A DNA stretch of 64,000 nt, from NCBI GenBank assembly GCA_963695095.1, contig CAVOFT010000001.1:96001-160000 (forward strand). The letters run 5' to 3'. This DNA comes from an uncultured bacterium. GTDB taxonomy: Bacteria > Krumholzibacteriota > Krumholzibacteriia > JACNKJ01. Under the pieces are notes generated by a model that did not search any database, was not told the origin of the DNA, and saw nothing but the letters and a program-made list of their open reading frames with translations. Shown here piece by piece: positions 1 through 9,252 of this stretch. Both the position numbers and the translations under genes were made by a program. Within the stretch, counting starts at the first letter, position 1, and each line of letters starts with the position of its first letter.

Positions 1-606
1 GCCCCCAGGCGAAGCTGCCGGTAGGCACGTAGCGCGTCGGCCAGGGAGAATTCAGCCTGCTTGCCGCCGCAGCGGATCCTGATCGCCGACGGCTTGTCCG
101 CCACCCCCACCATTCGAGCCCGATGGGCACCTCCGGGGCGAACTCCACGCCTCCGTCGGCGATCCTCGCACTCCTCGCTGCGGGAGGCGCCCTCCTCGAG
201 CCGGGATCGCTCCGCATCCCGAAAGAGGCGCGCCAGTCGCTCCTTCAGGGCCCCCCAGGCCGTCGGCCGGTTCCTGTCGATCACCGCGGGCACGATGAAC
301 CTGGTGTTCTCGCCGAACACCGAACTCTGGCCATCGCGGAAGTCGAGAAAGGTGATCGTTCCCGATACGACGACGAGGACGTCGCCCTCGACGAGCGGGC
401 TCAGGGCGCCCACCCGCAGCGTGTCGGCGGCCTGCGCGCGGGGCAGGATGTATCCGGTGCCGTTGACGGGGTAGCAGACCCCGTCCGGGAAGAGACTCGC
501 CGGCCTCGGTGGCGCCGGCGGCGCTGGACAGGGCCGCGAGCAGGCCGAGCGCGAGCAGGCCGAGCCGGCTGCCAAGACTATTGCTCGACCGAGCGAAGCT
601 GCCCAT
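1..606 (-). CDS. Secreted hypothetical protein, divergent from the CHAT gene; frameshifted and truncated by the window edge
   Basis: Signal-like MGSFARSSNSLGSRLGLLALGLLAALSSAAGA, then a frame change near 490 into DGVCYPVNGTGYIL...LVEGDVLVVVSGTITFLDFRDGQSSVFGENTRFIVP (beta-rich, FecR-like); further shifts near 90-170. Confidence 0.55.
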
Positions 607-831
607 TCGGCCCTCCCCACCATTGCTGGATTCGACCCTGGCACTGGGGCAGCCGATCGGCGACCGCACGGCACATCGGCGCCAAACTCGAGTCGCTCAA
701 CAAGGGAATCATCTTCGGAAGCCCCGGGAGCATTGCTTTTGTCGGATTAACGTGCTAATCGTATCCAAATGTCCATGTGGCTGCAAGCGCAAACTGGGGC
801 GGTGGACACGTTGGGGTTTAATCGTTTATGG

Positions 832-3800
832 ATGATTGCGCTCATCGGCATCACCATATCAGTAGTACTCTTTGCCGGCTATCGGATCCGGCTCGCGCGC
901 ACAGGAGGCGGTTCCTCTGCTCGAGCTACAGCAGCTCCTCGAGCAGGGTCGCGCCGACGAAGCCGCCGAAGGCGCGGCCCGCATTCTCGCCGCGACCCCA
1001 CCCACGAGCCGCGCGGATTCGATCGCCCTGTTCGCGGCCACCCGCGTCTACATCGGCGCTCGCCTCCAGGCGTCCCGCTACGAGGACCCATCCCTGGCCG
1101 ACCGCATCTCCTCGCTGACTCAGCTGAGCGAGACGCTCTTCGGAGTGAACTCGCCCTTTCTCGTGGACGCCTCCCTCTACGCGGCAGCGCTTGCCAGGGG
1201 AACTGGCGCGCTCGCTGCGTCGCTCGAGCACTTCCGCTCCGCGCTCGCCAGGGCCGCGTCCCAGAGCCCCGCGATGCCGGCCCAGGTAGCGCAAGCTCAC
1301 CAGGGCCTGGCGGAGGTCCTCTTTCAACTTCAGCGCTACCCTGAGGCCCAGCGCGAATTCGAGCTGGAACTGAAGGCGCGCCTGGCGCTGGCGCCGGACG
1401 GCCTCCTGGCCGGCATCGCGCTCATCAATCTCAACGAAGCCCGGCAGGCTGCCCACGATACCCTGGGCATGGGCGCCGCCTACGCGCAAGCGCAGCGGAT
1501 CTTCGCGCGCCAGGAGGGAGAGGCGTCGGCTCGTCATGCCGATGCTCACTATCGCGAAGGCGCCTGGCGATTCGCCAGCAGCCAGATCCCGGACGCGGCA
1601 AGCGCTCTCGACCGCGCTCTCGAAGCCTTCGCGCAGGGGGCGGGGCAGGGCCGAGCTCTCGCCGAGTGCCTGCTCGCAAGGGCCCAGGTCCACCTGGCCG
1701 CGGGCGAGCACGCGGCCGCAATCGGGACGGCCGCGCGCGCCCGGCTCCACTTCCAGGGAATCGGAGAATCGGCGGCGGCCGATGTCGCGCTTTGCTTGCT
1801 GACCATCGGCCATGCGCAGCGAGCGGCGTTGCGTCGCGAGGAGGCGACGGCCAGCTACCTGGAAGCGCTGCGCATCCATGAGGAGCACGCGCAGACAGAC
1901 AGCGCCGCCTTCGCCAACTGCCTGCGAACGCTGGCCTCTCACTTCCTCGACCTCGCGCGCCATGAGGAAGCGCTGGGCTACGCGCGGCGATCGCTGGCGC
2001 TCAGTCCCCGCATCTGGGGCGCACGCTCCAGCGAGACCGCGATCGCGCGCATGGCCTATGCGGCGACCCTGCGCGGAGCGCAGTTGCCGGACTCCGCCAG
2101 GATTCACTACGAGCTCGCCCGCGACGATCTCCTCGCGACCGTCGGCGACACGAGCCCTCTGCTCGCTGAGCCGGTCCTGCGGCTCGGCACGCTGGCACGC
2201 GAGCGGGGCGACCTCGCCGCCGCGAGGACCGCGGCCGAGCGGGCTCTGGCGCTGCTCGCCGGCGTGCCGAACATCGAAAGCTCCCGCCTTGCCGACTGCC
2301 ACCACGAGCTCGGCATCATCAGGCGCCTGCTCGGCGACGCCCGCGGTGCGCGCTCCGAGCTGGAGCAGGCCCTCGAGCTCGCCTCGCAGACCGATCCGGA
2401 TAGCGAGTTGAAGGCGGCGATCCTGAGCAGCCTCGCCCTGCTGGAGCGCTCCCTCGCCGAGGAGGATGAGGCCTGGACGCTGTTCCAGGAAGCGCTGGGG
2501 ATCATGGAGCGCGTGCACTCGCCGGCCCATCCTCGCCACGCCTTGATCCTGAGGAACCTGGCCAGCCTGGCCAACGCGCGCGGCCGCTTCGCTGAAGCGC
2601 AGGAGCTCTATGCCCGCGCCCTGGCGAGTCTCGAGACGTCCCTCGGGCCCGGCCATCCGGATGTGGCGGCGACGCGGATCGGGCTGGGCAATGCCTTGAA
2701 GGCGATGGGTGCGCTGCCCGAGGCGAAAGCGCAGTACGAAGCCGCCATCGCCATCCACGTCGCAGCGCTCGGCCCCGAGGCGCCGGCGCTGGCCCTCGAC
2801 TACCACAATCTCGCCGCCCTGCTGCTCGAAGAGGGCCGACTCGACTCGGCGATGGCCCAGGCCGAGACCGCCGAGCGGCTCGGGCGGCAGCATTTCCAGT
2901 TGATCGCTCAGGGGGTATCCGAGCGGGAGGCGCTGCACTTCGCCGCACGGCGCGTGCGCGGGACGGACATCGTCCTGACCGCGGCGGGCCGAAGCGTCCA
3001 GCCCGAGGACTGGGAACGCGCCTGGGATCTCGTCGTGCGCTCCCGGGGCGCGGTGCTCGAGGAGATCGCCGCCCGGCATCGCTTCTCGATGCAGAACCGG
3101 GAGCCCGCGGTGAGCGCGCTTGCGCAGGGCCTGAAACAGGCAAGCAGCGAGCTCGCCTACCTCGCCGTGCGCGGAAGCGCCGGCAGCGAAGCGCTGGCCG
3201 CCTTCAAGGCGAGGCTCGCCGCAGCGCGACTGAAGAAGGAAGCGGCCGAGCGCGCGCTCGCCGAGAAAAGCCGCGAGTACCGAGACTCGCGCGCCTACGA
3301 AGACATCGGCCTCGGCGCCGTCCTGGCCGCCCTCCCGGAGCGCTCGGTCCTGGTCGCCTGGCTTCGCTACGAAAGGCTCGAGGCTGCGTCAGGCGGCGCT
3401 GCGCCCGATCGACGGCGGGGGGTAGAGCACTACGCAGCCTTCTCCGTCGATGCGGCCTCTGGAAGTGTCCGCTTCATCCCGCTCGCCCCGGCAGCCGAGA
3501 TCGAAGCGCTGGTCTCCCAGTGGCGCGCGGAGGCCAGTCGCAATCCCGGTCCCGCCTTGGCCGGCGACCGCGCCGAGGAGGCGTGTCGCCGCGCCGGGGA
3601 GGCGCTGCGCCGCGAGATCTGGGATCCGGTCTTCACGGAGGCCACCAGCGCGGAGCGGGTGTTTCTGGTTCCCGATGCTGCGCTGTGCCTCGTGAACTTC
3701 AATGCGCTGCCCGCCGCGCCTGGCGGCTTCCTCGTGGAGCAGGCCCCCCTCCTGCTCACGCTGGCAACCGAACGCTGCCTGGCCGTGTCGGGTCAGACGA

Positions 3801-4612
3801 CTGGACAAGGCCGCGGGCTGCTGACCGTGGGCGAGCCAGACTACGCGTCTCGCTCCCAGGCAGCTGCCGACGCCCCGGAGCGGGACGGCCAGCGGGGCGT
3901 TCCCTGCGGCCAGTTCCAGGCGCTCAGGTTCCAGCCCTTGCCGGGAACCGCCCGCGAGACCGAAGCCGTGGCTCGGCTGTGGCGCTCCAGCAGCGCGGAC
4001 AGCGTTTACCAGCTCGTCGGCCGCGAGGCCAGCGAGCAGAACTTCAGACAGCTCGCCGGTGGCCGGCGGGTGCTGCATGTGGCGACCCACGGCTTCTTCC
4101 TCGGTGCCGAGTGCGTCGCGACACCCATGAGAACGGATTACGCCGAGCCCGACGAGCTCACCGTCGGGGGCCTCGTCGCGGAGAGCCCGCTGCTCCTCTC
4201 CGGAATGGCGCTCAGTGGCGCCAACCTGCGCGGCGAGGCCGGCAGCTCGATCAACGACGGCATCCTCACCGCCGAGGAGATCGTTGGCATCGACCTGCAG
4301 GGGGTGGATCTGGCGGTGCTCTCGGCTTGCGGTACCGGCCTGGGCAGGGTCGAGGCCGGCGAGGGTGTTCTCGGCCTGCGCCGAGCTTTTCAGCTTGCCG
4401 GCGTGCGCAACCTGTTGATGTCCCTCTGGGCCGTTGACGACGCAGCCACCGTGACCTGGATGCAGAGCTTCTTCGCCGGCGCGCTTCGCGAAGGCGCAGA
4501 TCCCGACGCGGCGGTACGCGAGGCATCGGTGGCCGTGATTCGCCAGCGCCGAGCCGAAACGCTTACCGAGCACCCCTTCTTCTGGGGTGCTTTCATCACG
4601 ACGAAGGGCTGA
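832..4612 (+). CDS. TPR-repeat CHAT-domain (caspase-like) protease, probably secreted
   Basis: Many TPRs (e.g. LGPGHPDVAATRIGLGNAL); CHAT dyad motifs VLHVATHGFF and AVLSACGTG; terminal HPFFWGAF. ORF track starts at 872; ATG at 832 gives MIALIGITISVVL in the adjacent frame, joined by a probable frameshift. Confidence 0.9.
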
Positions 4613-4621
4613 CGGCTGACC

Positions 4622-6241
4622 GTGCACTCGACCTGCATGCATCGGATTCCCGGCAAGGCCAGGCGCCAGTCGCCGCGCCTTGGCTGCTGGGCGTCCGCAG
4701 CGACAGCGGGCGCGCTGATCGCGCTGACGCTGCTACCCCTGGGTTCCCTTGCCCAGACGCCGACCGAACTCGCCACCGACATTCCCGCGGCCGCCGGGCG
4801 CATCCGCTTCTTCGAGCCGGGCCGCTCCCCGAGCCATGTGCCGCTCGGCGTCGTCCACACCTACCGCAGGCAGGGGCAGCTTCTCCATTCGCTCTACGAA
4901 GACCTCGCCCTCAAGGCCAGGGCGCATGGCGGCGACATCGTCGCCGGCGTGATCGCCGGCACCGACGACCCGCTGCAGGAGGGCTACGCGATCTGGGTGC
5001 TCGGGATCGCAGCCCGCTCCACCGCGGCGGGGATTTCCGGCGACACCCTGCAGGCCTGTGAGAACTGCCTCGTCGCCTGGCAATTCGACGGCAGTGCTGC
5101 AGGCGCTCTGGATTCGACCGCGCTCGCTCAGCTCGAAGCCAAGGCCTTCGCCACCGCGCGCCTGAAGCTCGCCAAGCGCGGCTACTACCTCATCGCGGCC
5201 GCGCGCGCAGAATCGCACACAAGCCAGTCCGCGGCGGAAGCCGACACTGTCGCCCTCGCGCTGGCGGTCAGCATCTCGCGAGCGCCGGCGGAGAAGTCCA
5301 AGGACCTGCTGGCCTTCAACGCCCGCATCGCCTGGCGGCAGAGCGATGCCACCTTCTGGCACTTTGCGCATGCGCTGCAGGTCCCGAGCTACCGGGTGAT
5401 CGACTACCTCGGCAGCGATCGCCTGCTGACGCACAATGCGCTCAGCGGCGTCTACAGCCGCCTGCCCAGCCTCTACGAAGACCGCGATGGCGATGGCGTG
5501 GTCGACGGCCGGGATCGCGAACCCAACACTCCGCCGGGCTTCCAGGTCGATCTCGTGGGCCGCACCCTCGATTCCGACGGAGACGGCGTGCCCAACACGA
5601 TTGATGACCAGCCCTTCACGATTCCCAAGTACCGCCTGATGGTCGGCGAGCGCGGTATCCCCATCGTGACCCATGATGCGGACTTCGACGGCATCCCCGA
5701 CGCGGCGGACCTCTGCGACTCGACCAACGTCCGCTACGTGGTGGATGAGCGTGGCTGCCCCGTGGAAGAGCAGGAGATCGTCGCCGTGCTCGTCGATCGC
5801 GGCGTCCTGCGCGAACGGCGCCTGCTCTTCCAGACCAACGAAGCCATCCTGCTCGAGTCCTCGACGGCCCGCCTCGACTCTCTGGGCACGGCGCTGAGCG
5901 GCTTGCCCGAACTGCGCTTCAACATCGACGGGCACTGCGACGATCGCGGCGGCGATGCGTTGAACCAGCAGCTGAGCGAGCGGCGGGCCGCCGCCGTGAT
6001 CGACTACCTCCTGGCCAACTTTCCGGACCTTAGGCGCGAGCAGTTCAAGGCCAACGGCTACGGCAAGACCCGCCCCCTCGCCTCCGATGTGGATGAGCAA
6101 TCGCGACAGCTGAATAGGCGGGTGGAGATCGCAGTACAGAACCCCGAAGACGCCGTCCGACATGTCGAAGGGACGCGCTTCCGGCTGCGGAACGAGGCCG
6201 TCGACGGCTTCCAGTTCGACGGAACGCGAGGTGGCGGATGA
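4622..6241 (+). CDS. OmpA-family peptidoglycan-binding protein with thrombospondin-3-like Ca-binding repeats
   Basis: Signal-like segment; DRDGDGVVD, DSDGDGVPN and DADFDGIPD repeats; OmpA C-domain IDGHCDDRG..NQQLSERRA..GYGKTRP..NRRVEI. Confidence 0.9.
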   Translation: MHSTCMHRIPGKARRQSPRLGCWASAATAGALIALTLLPLGSLAQTPTELATDIPAAAGRIRFFEPGRSPSHVPLGVVHTYRRQGQLLHSLYEDLALKARAHGGDIVAGVIAGTDDPLQEGYAIWVLGIAARSTAAGISGDTLQACENCLVAWQFDGSAAGALDSTALAQLEAKAFATARLKLAKRGYYLIAAARAESHTSQSAAEADTVALALAVSISRAPAEKSKDLLAFNARIAWRQSDATFWHFAHALQVPSYRVIDYLGSDRLLTHNALSGVYSRLPSLYEDRDGDGVVDGRDREPNTPPGFQVDLVGRTLDSDGDGVPNTIDDQPFTIPKYRLMVGERGIPIVTHDADFDGIPDAADLCDSTNVRYVVDERGCPVEEQEIVAVLVDRGVLRERRLLFQTNEAILLESSTARLDSLGTALSGLPELRFNIDGHCDDRGGDALNQQLSERRAAAVIDYLLANFPDLRREQFKANGYGKTRPLASDVDEQSRQLNRRVEIAVQNPEDAVRHVEGTRFRLRNEAVDGFQFDGTRGGG

Positions 6242-6747
6242 TCGCTCGTGAAGAGTCAACGAAGGGCCCTTGGGCGCCGAGCTGCCGCAAGGTCCTGCTT
6301 GGGCTCTTGCTGCTTGTCGCTGGCGGCGCCAGCGTGAAGGCCTCCGATCACGGCTGGCCTCCCTGGGACTATGCCGCCGGGGCACCCGCGAGCGATGGCC
6401 GACTCGAAGCGCCAAGCGCCGGCGAGCGGGCGACGTCCTCGCTGGAGATCGTGACCGTGGCCGGCTTCCGGCTCTATCAGTTCGCCCTGTCGAAGCCCTA
6501 CAACGCCGCCTTCAACCCGGGCGGCTGCCCCTTCACGCCCTCCTGTTCCGCCTACGGCCTGGCGGCGATCCGGCGGCATGGCCTGCTGCATGGGCTGCTG
6601 ATGACCAGCGACCGGCTGCAGCGCTGTCACCCGGCGGCGGCTTTCGCCGGCTACGAGCTCGTCGAGGAGGGCGAGCGCCCGCGCCTCCTGGATCCACCCG
6701 TCTGGCTCAAGCCCGACCCCTACGCCGGAAGCGGGGCCTTGCCATGA
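6238..6747 (+). CDS. YidD-like (haemolytic-domain) protein with N-terminal hydrophobic segment
   Basis: CPFTPSCSAYGLAAIRRHGLLHGLLMTSDRLQRCHP; ATGA overlaps with both neighbours. Confidence 0.8.
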   Translation: MIAREESTKGPWAPSCRKVLLGLLLLVAGGASVKASDHGWPPWDYAAGAPASDGRLEAPSAGERATSSLEIVTVAGFRLYQFALSKPYNAAFNPGGCPFTPSCSAYGLAAIRRHGLLHGLLMTSDRLQRCHPAAAFAGYELVEEGERPRLLDPPVWLKPDPYAGSGALP

Positions 6748-7643
6748 AGCGCTGCCTCGGCCTGCTCCTGCTGTTTGCGACCGCCGCCCTGAGCAGGCAT
6801 GCCCCCGCCTGCGGGAGCCCCTGCGCGGATTCGCTTCAGGTCGCCTCCGACTATGCCTTCGGCATGCACCTCTTCGAGACGAAGGACTACTACCGCGCGA
6901 TCACCGCCTTCAAGCGCCACGCCTTCTTTTACCCGGATTCTCTCCGCCGGCAAGCAGAATACATGCTTCCTCTCTGCGAGTACGCCGCCGGACGCTACGG
7001 GGAAGCGGTCGGCGGCTTCGACAGCTATTCGAAGGCGGCTGCGCCCGGGCGTCTCCACGAAGCGAGCCAGTACTACCAGGGCTGCTGCTGGCTGCTCCTC
7101 GGCCAGCACCAGGCGGCGGCATCGATCTTCGCCGGGGCGGAGTTCGCCGATCCCCAGCTCCGGGAGCGTGCTGCTCTTGCCCTCGGCTGGGCCCAGCTGC
7201 TCGCCGGGGAGTGGGCGCAGGCGGGCGCCGCGATGGATCGCTACAGCAAGCTCTTCCCCCGAGGCGCCGGGCGCTCCCTGGCGGAGCGCATCTCGCATGA
7301 GCTTGCCAGCGAGCCCCTGTTCGGCCGGAAGAGCGAGAAGCTCTGCCTGCTGTACTCCGCGTTCCCTGGCGGGGGACAGCTCTATGCGGGCCAGCGGGGA
7401 GACGCTGTCTACTCGGCCTTGCTCGTCGGAGCGGCGGCCATGCTTGCCGTAAAGGGCGCGCGAGAGGACTCCCAGCTCGCCTTGAAAGTCGGCAGCGTCC
7501 TCACAGCCACTCTCTATCTGGGCAGCGTCTATGGAGGTGTGAATGGGGTAAGAAACCACAATGTCAGACAATTGGAGCGCAGCATTCAATCGTTTCGAAG
7601 CGAGCTGCCGGCGAGCCTATTCGGCGAGCCCATCTTGCCTTGA
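6744..7643 (+). CDS. TPR protein with C-terminal membrane hairpin (TM2/DUF5683-like)
   Basis: Start MKRCLGLLLL overlapping the upstream stop; TPR DYAFGMHLFETKDYYRAITAFKR; LYSAFPGGGQLYAG motif followed by two hydrophobic helices. Confidence 0.75.
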   Translation: MKRCLGLLLLFATAALSRHAPACGSPCADSLQVASDYAFGMHLFETKDYYRAITAFKRHAFFYPDSLRRQAEYMLPLCEYAAGRYGEAVGGFDSYSKAAAPGRLHEASQYYQGCCWLLLGQHQAAASIFAGAEFADPQLRERAALALGWAQLLAGEWAQAGAAMDRYSKLFPRGAGRSLAERISHELASEPLFGRKSEKLCLLYSAFPGGGQLYAGQRGDAVYSALLVGAAAMLAVKGAREDSQLALKVGSVLTATLYLGSVYGGVNGVRNHNVRQLERSIQSFRSELPASLFGEPILP

Positions 7644-7751
7644 GGGGCAGCCGGAAGTCTCCAGTTCGTGGTGTCGAAGCGCTCTCGAACGCTGTCCGGC
7701 ATCTTGCAGTGATCTCAGTACAAGGGAATCTCAAGAGGGAGAGGATGAACG

Positions 7752-8345
7752 ATGAAAGCAACGGCTTATCGATTGGCACCGATGGTGATTGTGGCAATCC
7801 TGTGCATGGGTTACTCGGGCATCGCGGAAGCCCAGGGCCTCGTATCGACGCGCGGCAAGGTGCGCGTGTTCAAGGGCGGCCTCACGATCGAGGGGAAGGA
7901 CCTGCAGGTCAATGACCAGTCCGTTTCCCTCACGGTCAGCGGCCAGCCCACCTTCCTGGACCTGAATGACATCGATCGCGTGGATGTCCGCGACAGCAAG
8001 GTGATGAAGGGGGCTTGCATCGGCGGGGCAGGGTGCCTCGCGATCGGTTTCATTGCGTGCAGCGCCTCAAGCGATGAAGACCTGGACTCCGCGGGCGGCG
8101 ACCGCGGCACCTGCTATGCCGGCAGCATGATCTGGGCGGGGCTCTTCGCCGCCGGCGGCGCTCTGCTCGGCAATTCAATGAGCGACTGGGAACCGGTCTA
8201 CTACCGGACGAGCCAGAGCGATGTGGGTACGGATGCGGAAATGCAGCTGGCGGCCGCGACCCCGAAGCAGCCCAGCCTCTACTTCGCGGTGATCCCGCCG
8301 CGGGAGTGCTGCCCGGCGGCGGTCGGCTTCTGGGTTCGGTTCTGA
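7752..8345 (+). CDS. Hypothetical exported/membrane protein
   Basis: GAGGA RBS; signal peptide ending AEA-Q; Gly-rich hydrophobic hairpin; ends VGFWVRF. Confidence 0.7.
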   Translation: MKATAYRLAPMVIVAILCMGYSGIAEAQGLVSTRGKVRVFKGGLTIEGKDLQVNDQSVSLTVSGQPTFLDLNDIDRVDVRDSKVMKGACIGGAGCLAIGFIACSASSDEDLDSAGGDRGTCYAGSMIWAGLFAAGGALLGNSMSDWEPVYYRTSQSDVGTDAEMQLAAATPKQPSLYFAVIPPRECCPAAVGFWVRF

Positions 8346-8350
8346 TGCTT

Positions 8351-8426
8351 GCGGGGGTGCGCCGTATTGCGGCGTGCCCCCGCAGCCGAAGGCTAGCGGC
8401 GAGTCCGCGCGCCGCGGGCTCGCCGC
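8351..8426. terminator. Two GC-rich hairpins between convergent genes
   Basis: GCGGGGGTGCGCCG-tattg-CGGCGTGCCCCCGC and CGGCGAGTCCGCG-cgc-CGCGGGCTCGCCG-like stem; no clear U tract. Confidence 0.45.
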
Positions 8427-8467
8427 CGGGGCTGTCGGCAGGGCTGCGGGTCTCTCCCCGGCGGGAA

Positions 8468-9163
8468 TCAGAGCCCCCCGAGGTAGGCCTGTCCCCCGAG
8501 CTGCTCCATCTGCTCCATGATCCAGCGCGCGCGCTGGCGAACGTAGGGGGACGGCCGGTCCGGATGCATCCGCCGCGGGCTGGGCAGCACGGCGGCGAGC
8601 AGCGCGGCCTCGTAGGCGCTGAGCCGGGCGGCCGGCTTGTCGAAGTGGAGCCGGCTCGCGGCGCCCACGCCGTAGATCCCCGGTCCCATCTCCGCGATGT
8701 TCAAGTAGACCTCGAGGATGCGCCGCTTCGGCCAGAGCGCCTCGATCAGCACGGTGAGGTAGGCCTCCAGCCCCTTGCGCAGGACGCTGCGCCCCGGCCA
8801 CAGGAAGAGGTTCTTGGCCACCTGCTGGGAGATCGTGCTCGCGCCGCGCAGGCGGCGGCCGCGCTGGTGCGCTTCGAGCGCGTCCGCGATGGCCTCGCGG
8901 TCGAAGCCGGCGTGGTGGGGAAAGTTCTGGTCCTCCGCGGCGACGACGGCCAGCCGCGCCGGCGGCGCGATGGCGTCCCAGCCGACCCAGTCGTAGCTCA
9001 GCCGGCGGCCGTCGCCGCGCGTGAAGAGGGCGCCCGTGCGCTCCTGCAGCATCCGCGCGCTGGTAGGCGGCGGCACCCAGCGCAGGACCAGGATGCTAGC
9101 CACCGGCAGGCCGAGGGCAAGCACGGCGAGGGCGAGCGCGATCCGGAGCAGCCAGCGGCGCAT
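8468..9163 (-). CDS. mtgA: Monofunctional peptidoglycan transglycosylase
   Basis: GT51 motifs AEDQNFPHHAGFD, RGASTISQQVAKNLFLW, RKGLE, KRRILEVYLN. Confidence 0.95.
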   Translation of the reverse strand: MRRWLLRIALALAVLALGLPVASILVLRWVPPPTSARMLQERTGALFTRGDGRRLSYDWVGWDAIAPPARLAVVAAEDQNFPHHAGFDREAIADALEAHQRGRRLRGASTISQQVAKNLFLWPGRSVLRKGLEAYLTVLIEALWPKRRILEVYLNIAEMGPGIYGVGAASRLHFDKPAARLSAYEAALLAAVLPSPRRMHPDRPSPYVRQRARWIMEQMEQLGGQAYLGGL

Positions 9164-9252
9164 GTGGCGAGGATAGACGCTCCCGGCCGGCGCGGGAAGG
9201 GGTGGGGCCCGGCGGGCCGGCTCGTGTATAGTACTGGGCCGGAGCCGACCCG

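Noticed and set aside
872..4612. CRISPR-associated (Craspase) or anti-phage role for TPR-CHAT
   Set aside because: No cas genes, array, gasdermin-like or other defence genes seen; the context is envelope proteins
926..6415. Long antisense ORFs here and throughout the window
   Set aside because: Shadow ORFs typical of high-GC coding DNA; no motifs
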